Shown in pieces: positions 25,857 through 38,190 of a stretch of 64,000 nucleotides of DNA. Position 1 is the stretch's first letter. Every line of letters begins with the position of its first letter. The notes beneath the pieces are model-generated. The model did no database searches and had not been told where the DNA came from. It saw nothing but the letters and a program-made list of their open reading frames with translations. The translations under genes were made by a program, and so were the position numbers. Where the stretch lies: assembly GCA_036001325.1 (NCBI GenBank), contig DASYUK010000480.1:1033-65032 (forward strand), read 5' to 3'. Origin of the DNA: Thermoanaerobaculia bacterium (GTDB taxonomy: Bacteria; Acidobacteriota; Thermoanaerobaculia; Gp7-AA8).

Positions 25857-27044
25857 ATGGAGTTCGACATCTTCTTCTCGATCTGTCAGACGGACGTGCA
25901 TGGCTACATGCCGGACGAGAGAAAGATGTTCGAGAACTTCTTCGATCAGGTCGAGGTGGCCGATCAGCTCGGCTTCGGCACGGCGTGGATCGCCGAGAGT
26001 CATCTTTCCACTGAAGTGCAGAAGATGAATCTGGGCGCGGTGATCCCGCACTTCGTGGGCGAGATCGGCCTCAATACCGACATCCTCCAACTTGCGCATC
26101 GCGTGTTTGCACGCACGAAGCGGATCGGCGTCGGATCGGCCATCATGAACATCCTCTGCAATGGCGGTCCGATCGCAGCAGCGGAGCGGATCAAGACGTT
26201 TCTGACTCTGCACGGCCTCGATCCGGAGGAGTCGCGAATCCTGACGATCGGCTTCGCGTCGGGACGATTTCCGTTCATCAACGTCCCTTACGGCATCGTG
26301 CCACGCAACGCGGTGGAGGAGGCAGCCTGGCCGGTCGTCAAAAATAAGATCTTCGAGGAGGCAACGGAGATCTTTCTTCGCCTGCTGAAAGGCGAAGTGC
26401 TCAGTTCCGATCGCGTGGGGCGGCGTACGCTCAAGCGCGAAGACTTTCGATCCGATGCCGACTGGCAACGGGTGCTCGACGCTTACGGATCGCCGGCGAA
26501 TGAGATCGCTCTCGAGCCGCGCTGGTGTTTTCCGAATCTGAAGATCATTCCGCAGGAACCGCGCATGGATCTGCTTCGTCTTTCGATCGGCTCGCACGAT
26601 CCGCACACCCAGATCTTCGCGAACACGTTGATGCCCGTCGGCGTCTTCAATCTGTCGATCACGCCCGGCGATGAGATCGAGAAGACGAACGAACGGATGC
26701 GCGATCGCTATCACCCGGCTGGCGGCCGGTGGCACCGGCGTTTGATGCCGCGCACGGTTCTGGTCTTCATCAATGACGATCCGGCGCGGGCTGCCGTGGA
26801 GGCGCGGGACGCGTTATCGAACTATTGGCGCGCGCTGGAAGGTACACTCGACGAGACGAAGGTGCGCCGGGCCACGGATAACGCGCTCGTCGGCGACGCC
26901 GTCGCCATCGAGCGCCAGATGCGCCAGCGCTTTCACCCGGAGGATCGGCTGATGCTCTGGTTCGATTTCAATAATCATGACTCCGAAAGAGTAACGAAAA
27001 ACATGACCGATTTCATGACACGAGTAGCGCCACGATTCCTGTGA
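25857..27044 (+). CDS. LLM-class (luciferase-like) flavin-dependent oxidoreductase
   Basis: MEFDIFFSICQTD...FGTAWIAESH N-terminal TIM-barrel signature of luciferase-like monooxygenases. Confidence 0.75.
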   Translation: MEFDIFFSICQTDVHGYMPDERKMFENFFDQVEVADQLGFGTAWIAESHLSTEVQKMNLGAVIPHFVGEIGLNTDILQLAHRVFARTKRIGVGSAIMNILCNGGPIAAAERIKTFLTLHGLDPEESRILTIGFASGRFPFINVPYGIVPRNAVEEAAWPVVKNKIFEEATEIFLRLLKGEVLSSDRVGRRTLKREDFRSDADWQRVLDAYGSPANEIALEPRWCFPNLKIIPQEPRMDLLRLSIGSHDPHTQIFANTLMPVGVFNLSITPGDEIEKTNERMRDRYHPAGGRWHRRLMPRTVLVFINDDPARAAVEARDALSNYWRALEGTLDETKVRRATDNALVGDAVAIERQMRQRFHPEDRLMLWFDFNNHDSERVTKNMTDFMTRVAPRFL

Positions 27045-28088
27045 ACGACGAACACGTCCCCGTAAACTTCGCCCGTCCCATGCCGAACTGGCAGCCGCTG
27101 GTCGAGTATCGGCGCAACGGCATCGCCGAGAATACGGTGCACGGAGCAGTGTCGTGGGTTACGGGCAAGAAGCTCATGTATTCGTTTGGTGGCAACGTCG
27201 AGGTCTACGGCCGCTCGATGGTGAAGCCGCTCATGATGAAGGTGTTCGCGAAGGAATTTCGCAACGCGCTCACCGGAGAGCAGCAGGCCATCTCCGTCGC
27301 CTCGCACAACGGCGACACCGAGCACGTTCGCGTCGCGCGCTCGCTCCTGCTCAAGAGCGAGTGGGGCATGATGCAGGCACCGCACGACGTGCCGCTCGTC
27401 CAGTTCGGACGTCAGGTTCGCCGACCGCGGCGCTGGTACCACTGTTGTTCGGGCGAGCATGCCGCGATTCTCCGCGGCTGCAAATTGAAACGCTGGCAGC
27501 GCGCCGGCTACGTTCTGCCGCAACATCCCTTCTTCGTCGAGTACCTGAGCTACGTGCGTCGCGTCCTCGGCGACGACTGGAGCCCTCTCGCCATCGCAAA
27601 GGATGGCTGCGGACTTCCCACGATCGGCATGACGGTCACCGATCTTGCGAAGCTGTTCGCGAATCTCGTGACGGAGAAGAACGATGACTGGATCTGGAAC
27701 GCTATGATCGAGCATCCCGATCTGATCGGCGGCTTCAACCGGCTCGACTCGACGATCCTCAAAGCGTGTCACGGCCATGTCCTCGCCAAAGAAGGTGCCG
27801 ATGGTCTTCTCGGCCTCGCGATCGAGCATCCCGAGTATCCCGAAGGTCTCGGAGTCGTCGTGAAGGTTGCGCACGGCTGGAACCCGCAAGCCTCCTGGTA
27901 CATCGCCCGCTACATTCTCGGCGTCCTCGGATTCGAGTTTCGGAATCCTTACAAGCTTCTCCGACAGAAAGCGTTCATCGTTCCCGAAGTGATTCCGCCG
28001 CATCTGCGCGATCGCATGGCGGCGATCGTGCCGTGGGATTCGTGGGATCCCGACGTCGATCGCTGGGAGTTCGATCCGGAGGAGTTCC

Positions 28089-28102
<14 letters not shown>
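27041..28102 (+). CDS. asparaginase_II (Rhizobium ReAV-type) family amidohydrolase
   Basis: SHNGDTEH, CSGEHAA, DGCGLPT, KEGADG motifs parallel the ReAV-type L-asparaginase family. Confidence 0.7.
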
Positions 28103-30422
<2,320 letters not shown>

Positions 30423-30424
<2 letters not shown>

Positions 30425-30493
30425 TTTTGGATTTGCGATTTTGGATTTTGGATTGAGCCGAATCCAAAATCGAAAATCCAAAATCGAAAATGA
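30423..30493. promoter_or_regulatory. A/U-rich long imperfect inverted repeat of GATTTTG/CAAAATC units spanning the start codon of the downstream gene
   Basis: gattttggatttgcgattttggattttggatt gagccg aatccaaaatcgaaaatccaaaatcgaaaATG; no SD upstream of the ATG. Confidence 0.7.
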
Positions 30494-31809
30494 TTCAACG
30501 AGCCTACATCGTTCCCGGCCAACCGCACATCCTGCTCGCGCCAGACAAGAACGCCGGTTGGGCTTCACTCAAGCGAGCCTACGAGACCGTAGGTCGCGAA
30601 ATCGCGGCGAGCGGTGCCGAGCTTCTCCTGGTCTACTCGACGCAGTGGTTCTCGGTCATCGGCCATCTCTTCCAGGTCGATCCGCGGCCGAAGTGGACGC
30701 TCGTCGATCAGAACTGGTACGAGTTCGGCGAGATCCCTTACGAGTTCCGGATCGATCCGAAGTTCGGTGAGCTCTACTGCCGCATCTGCAAGGAGCACGG
30801 AATGCAGGCGGCCACCGTGAACTACCACGGCTTTCCGATCGACACGGGGACGGTCGTGGCGCTCAAGCTGCTCAATCCGAACAACGCCGTCCCCGCCTCG
30901 ATCGTCTCCTGCAACATCTACGCGGAACGCGAAGAGAGTCGTGCCCTCGGCTTCGCCGCGCGGGCGGCGATCGAGGAGTACGGCAAGAAGACGATCGTCG
31001 TCTGCGTCACGAATCTTTCGAACCGCTACGAAGTCGGCGACATCGATCCCGCGGGCGATCGCATCTCCTCGGCGAAAGACGATGAATGGAACCGCAAACT
31101 CCTGGAGATGTTCGGTGAGGGGAGGCTCGAAGACGTCGCCCAGGTCGCGCGGGAATTCGCGCGCGAAGCAAACGCGGACATGGGATTCAAAGCGATCTGG
31201 TGGCTGGCCTCGCTGATGGGCGAGCACAATCGCTACGACGGAAAAGTGTGGGATTACCAGCCGGTGTGGGGAACGGGCGCGGCGATCGTCGAGCTGACAC
31301 CGTCGGAGAAGGAGCTCGATTTCGAGAAGGAATTCGACGAGGCGCCCGTGCCGGCGTTCGCCGCGACCGGGGGCACGGGGCTGGAAACGCACAACGTCCT
31401 CGCCGAAGCGCCCCATCGCGATGAGCAACAACCGGAGGAAGTGCTGATCACGGAGAAAGCGCCGCGACCAGTCGGCCCCTATCCGCACGCGCGACGAGTC
31501 GGCGAGCTGCTGTTCACTTCGGGAATCGGTCCACGCAAACCCCGTACGAATGAGATCCCTGACGGGATCGAGGCGCAGACGCGGAGTTGTATCGAGAACA
31601 TCAGGATCATTCTCGAAGAGGCGGGAAGCTCGCTGGAGAAGGTCCTCGATGTGACGGTCTATCTCACCGATATGAAGCGCGACTTCGATCGCTTCAACAA
31701 GGTCTATGCCGAATACTTCGGAAAGATCCAGCCAACGCGGACAACCGTCGGTGTCGACTCGCTGCCGACGCCGATCTCGGTCGAGCTGAGGATCATCGCC
31801 GCGAAATGA
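30490..31809 (+). CDS. fusion of LigB-like (AmnA-like alpha subunit) domain and C-terminal RidA/YjgF (2-aminomuconate deaminase-like) domain
   Basis: aa 1-270 LigB-family fold; aa 315-439 canonical RidA (...PVGPYPHARRVGELLFTSG...DVTVYLTDM...TRTTVGV...). Confidence 0.75.
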   Translation: MIQRAYIVPGQPHILLAPDKNAGWASLKRAYETVGREIAASGAELLLVYSTQWFSVIGHLFQVDPRPKWTLVDQNWYEFGEIPYEFRIDPKFGELYCRICKEHGMQAATVNYHGFPIDTGTVVALKLLNPNNAVPASIVSCNIYAEREESRALGFAARAAIEEYGKKTIVVCVTNLSNRYEVGDIDPAGDRISSAKDDEWNRKLLEMFGEGRLEDVAQVAREFAREANADMGFKAIWWLASLMGEHNRYDGKVWDYQPVWGTGAAIVELTPSEKELDFEKEFDEAPVPAFAATGGTGLETHNVLAEAPHRDEQQPEEVLITEKAPRPVGPYPHARRVGELLFTSGIGPRKPRTNEIPDGIEAQTRSCIENIRIILEEAGSSLEKVLDVTVYLTDMKRDFDRFNKVYAEYFGKIQPTRTTVGVDSLPTPISVELRIIAAK

Positions 31810-32435
31810 GTCGCCTCATCGACATCTCTCCTCTCATCGATGCAACGATCAAGGTCTGGCCCGGCGACACGCCGTATTCGCACACGCGCACTCTCGACAT
31901 CGCCGAGGGCGCCAACATCACGTTGTCGGAGATTCGCACAACTGTGCACGTGGGTGCCCATGCTGATGCCCCGAATCACTACATCGCGGGCGGCGAAGAC
32001 ATCGCCGTGCGCCGGCTGGACTATTACGTCGGTCGATGTGCCGTCATTCATGTGGATGGCGTGCGCGGACGACGGATCGTGGCTGACGATGTCAAACGAA
32101 AGGATATCACCGCCCCGCGCGTACTGATTCGCACGAAAACATTTCCCGATCCCCGCAAGTGGAACAACGACTTCGCCAGCCTCTCGCCGGAGCTCGTCGA
32201 TGTGCTCCACAGCCGTGGGGTGATTCTCATCGGTGTCGACACACCGTCGGTCGATCCGTTCGAGTCGAAAGAGCTCGAGGCGCACAAGGCCCTCGCCCGG
32301 CACAACATGGCCAGTCTGGAAGGCCTCGTGCTCGACGACGTCGCAGAAGGGGAGTACGAGCTCATTGCGTTGCCTTTGCGCCTCGCGAACGCAGATGCCA
32401 GTCCGGTTCGCGCCGTCCTGCGAACGCTGAGTTAA
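31806..32435 (+). CDS. kynB: kynurenine formamidase / cyclase-family arylformamidase (also isatin-hydrolase family)
   Basis: About 210 aa; VWPGDTP...HVGAHADAPNHY...GVDTPSVDP motifs of PF04199; ATGA overlap with upstream gene. Confidence 0.8.
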   Translation: MSRLIDISPLIDATIKVWPGDTPYSHTRTLDIAEGANITLSEIRTTVHVGAHADAPNHYIAGGEDIAVRRLDYYVGRCAVIHVDGVRGRRIVADDVKRKDITAPRVLIRTKTFPDPRKWNNDFASLSPELVDVLHSRGVILIGVDTPSVDPFESKELEAHKALARHNMASLEGLVLDDVAEGEYELIALPLRLANADASPVRAVLRTLS

Positions 32436-32473
32436 GCCGGACACTAAGCCTACGCGATAGAATTGATTCAGTT

Positions 32474-32692
32474 ATGGCCAAACTTCTCGAGAAAGCGATC
32501 GCCGAGGCTAGGAAACTGCCAGAAAGCGATCAGGAAGCTATCGGAGCGTTGCTCCTCGCGGAGATCGAGTCCGAGAAACGATGGGACGAACTCTTCGCTC
32601 ATCCGTCGTCCGTTCTCGAAAGAATGGCGGATGATGCTCTGAGGGAGCATGAAGCGGGTCTGACTACCCCGCTCAACCCCGAAGAGTTGTGA
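32474..32692 (+). CDS. small putative addiction-module antitoxin-like protein
   Basis: 72 aa, MAKLLEKAIAEARKLPESDQEAIGALLLAEIESE; followed by GTGA-overlapping 38-codon remnant ORF. Confidence 0.45.
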   Translation: MAKLLEKAIAEARKLPESDQEAIGALLLAEIESEKRWDELFAHPSSVLERMADDALREHEAGLTTPLNPEEL

Positions 32693-32848
32693 AGTCCTCT
32701 ACCAATCCAAATTTCAAGAAGCTGTTCGCCAACCTTCCTGCTGAAGTTCGTCAGCAGGCGCGGACATCAGAGTTGGTCGCAGCTATTGCGCAGTCGGTGT
32801 GCTGAGTATCAAAATCCAAAATTGCCTCGCCGATGAGCGCGAAAACCG

Positions 32849-34885
32849 CTAAGCCGTCGCCGCTTTGCGCTCGCTCATGAACGTCTCGAGCTGATCGACG
32901 GGTAGCGGCTTGCTGAAGAGATAGCCCTGGATGATGTCGCAGCGCTGGCGGGTGAGAAACTCGAGCTGATCCTCGCGCTCCACGCCTTCGGCGACAACCT
33001 TGAGGTTCAGACTATGGGCCATCTGGATGACCGCCGTGACGATCGCGGCGTCGTTGGCGTCGGTGTTGACGTCCTTGATGAACGAGCGGTCGAGCTTGAG
33101 CGTGTCGATCGGAAAACGCTTGAGATAATTCAGCGACGAATACCCTGTACCAAAATCGTCCATTGAAATTCGGACGCCGATGGCCTTCAGCTCACGGAGG
33201 ATGTACATCGTGTGCTCCGCGTTCTGCATGGCGTTGCTCTCCGTGATCTCGACCTCGAGACAGCAAGGTTCAATGCCGGTCTCGTCGATGGCGGAGCGGA
33301 TCATGGCCACCAGGTCCGGCTGCTGGAACTGGCGAGCGGAGAGATTCACGGCCACAGTGATCTCCGGATCGATTTTGCGCTGCCACGTCTTGAGCTGACG
33401 GCAGGCCGTACGGAGGACCCACTCGCCGATGGGAACGATCAGCCCCGACTTCTCCGCAACAGAGATGAAGTGTGCCGGCGCCACCATGCCCATCTCGGGA
33501 TGGCGCCAGCGCACCAGCGCCTCGAGTCCGACGACCGCGCGCGTCGAGGCATCGATCTGCGGCTGGTAGAAGAGAACGAGCTCTTTCTGACTGAGCGCCT
33601 TGCGCAGCATATTCTCGAGCGCGAGACGCTCCACCGCCTGCGCGTTCATCGCCGGCGCATAGAGCTGATAGTTGTCGCGGCCCTGCTCCTTGGCGCGGTA
33701 CATCGCTGTGTCCGCGTTGCGGACGAGCGTCTCCGGATCGGTTCCATCGATCGGATAGAGGCTCACGCCGATGCTCGTGGTGACGAACAGCTCGCGATCG
33801 TTGACGAGGAACGGAATCTTCAGCGTCTCGATGATCTTCTGCGCGATCTTCGCCGCGTCTTCGATGTTCTCGATCTTCGGAATCAGCAGCGTGAACTCGT
33901 CGCCGCCGAAACGCGCCACAGTATCGCCCTCGCGCGTGCAGCGGCGGACGCGTTCCGCCACCCCCTTCAGCAGAGTGTCGCCGACCGTGTGGCCGAGGGA
34001 GTCGTTGATGTCTTTGAATCGATCGAGATCGAGGAAGAACACCGCGAGCTTCTGTTGACCACGATGCGCCTGCGCCAGCGACACGATGAGGCGGTCCATG
34101 AAGAGCGGCCGGTTGGGGAGTCCGGTGAGCTGATCGTGATAGGCGAGATGCTCGATCTCGACGGCCGCGAGCTCAGCGGCCTCGCGCTCGTCTTCGAGAA
34201 CGCAGGCGATCATGCCGATGGCCATCACCGACTGCAGCAGGAAGTCGACGTAACCGATGTAATTCGCATATTGGAACGTGCGGCCGGCGATGGCCCACAT
34301 CAGCGCCAGGCCGAGATTGTGAAGCTGCTCGAGTGCGTAGACGCCGAACGCGGTGCCGAGAACCGTGAAGCCGATGCCGACGCGACGCGCGCGGACACGC
34401 CACAAAACAAATGATGCGACGCCGAATCCGACCGCCGCCGCGAACGACTGCATGCCGTCGCGCGTCAGATAGCGAAGGCTCGGCGCCGACGTTCGCGAAG
34501 CGAACAATAGCGACGTGATGAGACCGAACGCGAAGAGCGCCCAGATGATCCGGCGCGACTCCGCGAGTCTGACGGGACGCCGCCGCACGAGCTCATAAAC
34601 GCCGAACAGCAGCCAGCCGATCTGGAGATAACCCGACACCCCCGCGATCATCGCGACGATCACGGCCACCGGTTCCGATGACGAAACTCTCAGTCCCTGC
34701 GCCAGCCAAAGGCCGACGGCGGTGAAGAGATTGTTGATCGCCAGCGCCGTCCATCCCAGCGTCCAGTGCAGCAGGTACGACTTTCGATACTGGCGATAGA
34801 AGCCGAAGAAGACGAGCGCCATGACCGCCGATGCGATCGTCTGCGCAATCGACGTGAGACTCGCCGCAAGATCAAACTGCGGCAT
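32849..34885 (-). CDS. membrane sensor diguanylate cyclase/phosphodiesterase (multi-TM + GGDEF + EAL)
   Basis: RFGGDEF and EALVRW / DDFGTGYSSL motifs; about 7 N-terminal TM helices. Confidence 0.9.
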   Translation of the reverse strand: MPQFDLAASLTSIAQTIASAVMALVFFGFYRQYRKSYLLHWTLGWTALAINNLFTAVGLWLAQGLRVSSSEPVAVIVAMIAGVSGYLQIGWLLFGVYELVRRRPVRLAESRRIIWALFAFGLITSLLFASRTSAPSLRYLTRDGMQSFAAAVGFGVASFVLWRVRARRVGIGFTVLGTAFGVYALEQLHNLGLALMWAIAGRTFQYANYIGYVDFLLQSVMAIGMIACVLEDEREAAELAAVEIEHLAYHDQLTGLPNRPLFMDRLIVSLAQAHRGQQKLAVFFLDLDRFKDINDSLGHTVGDTLLKGVAERVRRCTREGDTVARFGGDEFTLLIPKIENIEDAAKIAQKIIETLKIPFLVNDRELFVTTSIGVSLYPIDGTDPETLVRNADTAMYRAKEQGRDNYQLYAPAMNAQAVERLALENMLRKALSQKELVLFYQPQIDASTRAVVGLEALVRWRHPEMGMVAPAHFISVAEKSGLIVPIGEWVLRTACRQLKTWQRKIDPEITVAVNLSARQFQQPDLVAMIRSAIDETGIEPCCLEVEITESNAMQNAEHTMYILRELKAIGVRISMDDFGTGYSSLNYLKRFPIDTLKLDRSFIKDVNTDANDAAIVTAVIQMAHSLNLKVVAEGVEREDQLEFLTRQRCDIIQGYLFSKPLPVDQLETFMSERKAATA

Positions 34886-34956
34886 TCTGCTTCTCTTTCA
34901 TGGACCGGATGACTCGATTCTGACGTAACGATTCAACGTTTGCCAAGAGACTATCG

Positions 34957-36027
34957 TCACAGCACCGTCGCATAGGCGTCAATCAGACGACGGGCTGCCT
35001 TCTCATAGCTGAACAGTTGGGCCCGCTGATTTACTTCGTCGCGCAGCCGGCGTCGGTCCTCTTTCAATAGCGCCACGGAGATCGACGCCAGGCTCTCCGG
35101 CGTCGAAGCCCTCGCGCAATGCCTTGCAGTCAGTGCGCCCAGAATCGCAGGCATCCCCTCGATCGGATACGTGGCCGGAGCAACGCCGCATCCCATCGCC
35201 TCGATGACGGCGCGGTGACCCTCGTCGGAACCGGCGGCGGTGAACAGAAAGACATCGGCAGCGCGGTAATGATCGGCGAGATCGTCTTCGTGATATCCCG
35301 CCCAGATCACAGCGTCCGAGATCGTGAGCGAGCGCGCCAACGCTTCGAGCGCCGGTCGATGCTCACCATGGCCGACGATCAGCAGCTTCGAGTTCTCGAT
35401 CGTGCGACGGATGCGTGCGAACGTCTCGAGCACCGCCTCGAAGCCGCGATCCTTCGAGAGTTTCCCGATCGCCGCGAACATCGGCACGTCGGACGCGATA
35501 CCGTATCGGCTGCGCACATTGTCGCCATCGAGCGTGAACTGCTCGACGTCGAGCGGTGGCGGTGTGAACACGACGCTGCGATCGCGCAGGAGTCGAGCGA
35601 GCGCGAGCTCCTCGTTGATGACGAAGATCGCATCCGTACGTTTCACAAGTGAGCGTGTGAACGGGTCGCTCCGCAGCGTGCGGCTCGAATGAAACGTGCG
35701 CGCGATCGCTACGCCGCGCGACCGGCGCGCGACGAAACGCGCCAGCCAGTGATCGTACGTCAGATGAGCGTGCAGAAAAGCGAATTGGTGATTGACGACG
35801 AGCCGGCCGATCGCATCGACCGTGCGCAGAAATGAGATCGGATTCTGCGCCTTGTCGATGATCGCGTGCGCGAAATCGTGACGCGCGAGCTTCGCCTGCA
35901 GCTTGTAACCGCCGGCGTACGCATAATGCGCATCGATCCCGGCTGCGCGCAGCGCCTCGACCTCCGCGAACGCCGGCGCGGCTGCTCCGGTCCAGCGATT
36001 GCCGGCGGCAAGATGCAGGATTTTCAT
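34957..36027 (-). CDS. GT4-family glycosyltransferase
   Basis: 356 aa; GT-B fold with C-terminal E-x7-E region (...EGMPAILGALTA...). Confidence 0.8.
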   Translation of the reverse strand: MKILHLAAGNRWTGAAAPAFAEVEALRAAGIDAHYAYAGGYKLQAKLARHDFAHAIIDKAQNPISFLRTVDAIGRLVVNHQFAFLHAHLTYDHWLARFVARRSRGVAIARTFHSSRTLRSDPFTRSLVKRTDAIFVINEELALARLLRDRSVVFTPPPLDVEQFTLDGDNVRSRYGIASDVPMFAAIGKLSKDRGFEAVLETFARIRRTIENSKLLIVGHGEHRPALEALARSLTISDAVIWAGYHEDDLADHYRAADVFLFTAAGSDEGHRAVIEAMGCGVAPATYPIEGMPAILGALTARHCARASTPESLASISVALLKEDRRRLRDEVNQRAQLFSYEKAARRLIDAYATVL

Positions 36028-36049
36028 CTGTTATAGTGACGCCCCCGAA

Positions 36050-36289
36050 ATGGCCGTCGACCAGGAGCTGCTCGAAATTCTAGCCTGCCCACTCTGCAAG
36101 GAAGAGGTGAAGCTCGTGCCGCTCTCCGAAGGACGGCGGGCCGCCGTTCGCGACAAGTACCGCGAAAAATTTCGCGGTGAGGAACCGGTTGTCGAGCAGG
36201 GCTTGCAATGCGTGAAATGCCGCCGGATTTACCCGATCGTGAGCGACATCCCGGTGATGCTCGTGGACGAAGCGTTCGAGCAGGCATAG
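36050..36289 (+). CDS. Trm112/YcaR-like (UPF0434) small zinc-finger protein
   Basis: ELLEILACPLCKEEV...LQCVKCRRIYPIVSDIPVML. Confidence 0.75.
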   Translation: MAVDQELLEILACPLCKEEVKLVPLSEGRRAAVRDKYREKFRGEEPVVEQGLQCVKCRRIYPIVSDIPVMLVDEAFEQA

Positions 36290-36291
36290 AC

Positions 36292-37470
36292 GCGCTTCCC
36301 ACGGCGACCCGCATCGCCGTTTACTGCTATCTCGCCCACATTCTCCTGCAGGGGAAAATCGCGCTCTCCGAGCTCGGCGTCGCGGCGACCCTGGCCGCCG
36401 TCGGCTGGGCGATCTCGCGACGCGAGCTGCGCCCGTCGTTTCACATCCTCTACTACCCGCTGGTGCTGTACGGCGTCGTCTCCACGCTTTCGGCGCTGGT
36501 GAATCATTCGTCGCGGCATCTGTTCGCGGAAAGCGCGCTGTGGCTGAAGATGCTCATCTTTCCAGCGGCGCTGATTCTTTTTCGCGAGGTACCGCCGCTG
36601 CGCGAGCTCGCGCTGCGCGCGCAGATCGCTTTCGCGACTGCGATCGCGGCGTTTGGCATCTACCAGTACTTCGTTCTGCAGCGACAGGATCTCGAGCATC
36701 GCATCACCGGCCCATCGACTCACGTGATGACGTATTCGGGTTTGCTCCTTCCGGCCTCGCTGCTGCTCGTCGTACTGGCGGTGCGTCGAAAACAGGCGTG
36801 GCTCTACGCGTGCGCGATCGTCGTTTCATTTGCCCTGCTGTTGACATTCACGCGCAGCGTCTGGCTCGGATGGATCGTGGCGATTCTCGCCGTCTTGACG
36901 CTGCGAAAGCCGCGTTGGCTGATCTTTGCCGTTCCGGTCTTGTTGTTCGGGCTGAGCTTCATGCCCGACTCGATGTTCGGTCGACTCGTTTCTTCGTTCG
37001 ACACGCGACAGTCGTCGAATCTCGACCGCATCCGGATGGCCGAAGCGGGTGTGGAGATGATCAAGGACCACCCCGTCTTCGGCGTCGGTCCGGCCAACGT
37101 GAAGGAGATGTATCCGCTCTATCGCCGCGAAGACGCGCCGCGCTTCCGCCCGCCCCACCTCCATAACAACATCATCCAGCTCTGGGCGGAGCGCGGCATC
37201 GGCGCGGTCATCGCCTACATCCTTCTTCTCGCGCTTTTTCTTCGCGAATGCGCGCGCGGCTGGCGCGGGCCGGCGCGCGAATTCGCCGAGGCGGGTGTGG
37301 CCATCACCGTCGGCCTGGCCTATGCGGGCCTGTTCGAGTTCAACTTCGGCGACACCGAAGTGTTTCTGATCATGCTCGAGCTGTTCGCACTCGTGATCGC
37401 CTCCATCGAAGCGGCCCAGCCTGCCACGAATGAACGGCTGCTGGTCATTGTTCCATCGGCGTCGGCGTGA
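36292..37470 (+). CDS. O-antigen ligase/Wzy_C-family polytopic membrane protein (start uncertain)
   Basis: Multiple TM helices and periplasmic loop motif LLTFTRSVWLG...; no ATG before 36550 so a non-ATG start or overlap with Trm112 gene is likely. Confidence 0.65.
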   Translation, partial: ALPTATRIAVYCYLAHILLQGKIALSELGVAATLAAVGWAISRRELRPSFHILYYPLVLYGVVSTLSALVNHSSRHLFAESALWLKMLIFPAALILFREVPPLRELALRAQIAFATAIAAFGIYQYFVLQRQDLEHRITGPSTHVMTYSGLLLPASLLLVVLAVRRKQAWLYACAIVVSFALLLTFTRSVWLGWIVAILAVLTLRKPRWLIFAVPVLLFGLSFMPDSMFGRLVSSFDTRQSSNLDRIRMAEAGVEMIKDHPVFGVGPANVKEMYPLYRREDAPRFRPPHLHNNIIQLWAERGIGAVIAYILLLALFLRECARGWRGPAREFAEAGVAITVGLAYAGLFEFNFGDTEVFLIMLELFALVIASIEAAQPATNERLLVIVPSASA

Positions 37471-37471
37471 A

Positions 37472-37557
37472 GGGTCGTCGGTCGTAGGTCATAGGTATCG
37501 GGGGCCTTATCGCCTGAATGCCCCCAGTACCCACGACCCACGACCCACGACCCAACC
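37472..37557. repeat. imperfect palindrome of (GTCGTAG)-like and (CCACGAC)3 units with inner GGGGGC/GCCCCC hairpin
   Basis: gggtcgtcggtcgtaggtcataggtatcgggggc...gcccccagtacccacgacccacgacccacgaccc; same unit family as 6239-6321. Confidence 0.75.
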
Positions 37558-37575
37558 ACCCGTAACCTTTCCGTC

Positions 37576-38190
37576 ATGACTTCGTCGAAGGGAACAGAAG
37601 CTGGGGAGATGAAACACCTGAGCGATCAGGAGTTGATGCGCCTCGTTCAGGATGGCGATTACTCCCCCGCCTCCGAGATTTACGACCGGTACAGTGCGCG
37701 GATCTACAACTTCGCGTTTCGTTTCTTGAAGAACGCCGAAGCGGCCGAGGACGCGACGCAGGAAGTGTTCGTCAAGATGATGAAGCATGCCAATCAGTTC
37801 CAGGGCGACGCGAAGTTGTCGACCTGGCTGTTCTCGATCGCGGCGAACTGGTGTCGTGACTATCTCCGGAAGGCTGACAACAAAGCGAAGGATTCGGAGG
37901 ACGTGCTGGTCACGCTTCCCGCGCCGAATGAGCTTTCGCCGGAGCGAAGGCTCGAGCAACGTGAAGACGAGCATCGCGTGCAGCGCGCATTGTCGGCGCT
38001 GACGCCGGAACAGAGAGAAGCGATTCTTCTCTCTCGCTACCAGGGGCTGTCGTATGCCGAGATCGCCCAGATCGCAGGCTGCTCCGAGGGCGCGGTAAAG
38101 ACACGCGTGTTCCGGGCGATGGAAACGCTGAAGAAAGCGCTCACCGCAGAGGCGAGCGGAGGGAACCAATGGTCGACTGTCATGCGATGA
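37576..38190 (+). CDS. ECF-type RNA polymerase sigma factor (sigma-70 regions 2 and 4)
   Basis: YNFAFRFLKNAEAAEDATQEVFVKM (region 2) and REAILLSRYQGLSYAEIAQIAGCSEGAVKTRVFRA (region 4). Confidence 0.9.
   Translation: MTSSKGTEAGEMKHLSDQELMRLVQDGDYSPASEIYDRYSARIYNFAFRFLKNAEAAEDATQEVFVKMMKHANQFQGDAKLSTWLFSIAANWCRDYLRKADNKAKDSEDVLVTLPAPNELSPERRLEQREDEHRVQRALSALTPEQREAILLSRYQGLSYAEIAQIAGCSEGAVKTRVFRAMETLKKALTAEASGGNQWSTVMR

Noticed and set aside
36208-36291. N-terminal 28 codons of the ORF-track O-antigen-ligase ORF overlapping the Trm112-like gene
   Set aside because: That stretch is an alternative-frame read of Trm112 coding sequence and contains no start codon; the real start must lie downstream or use a non-ATG codon, so it was trimmed.
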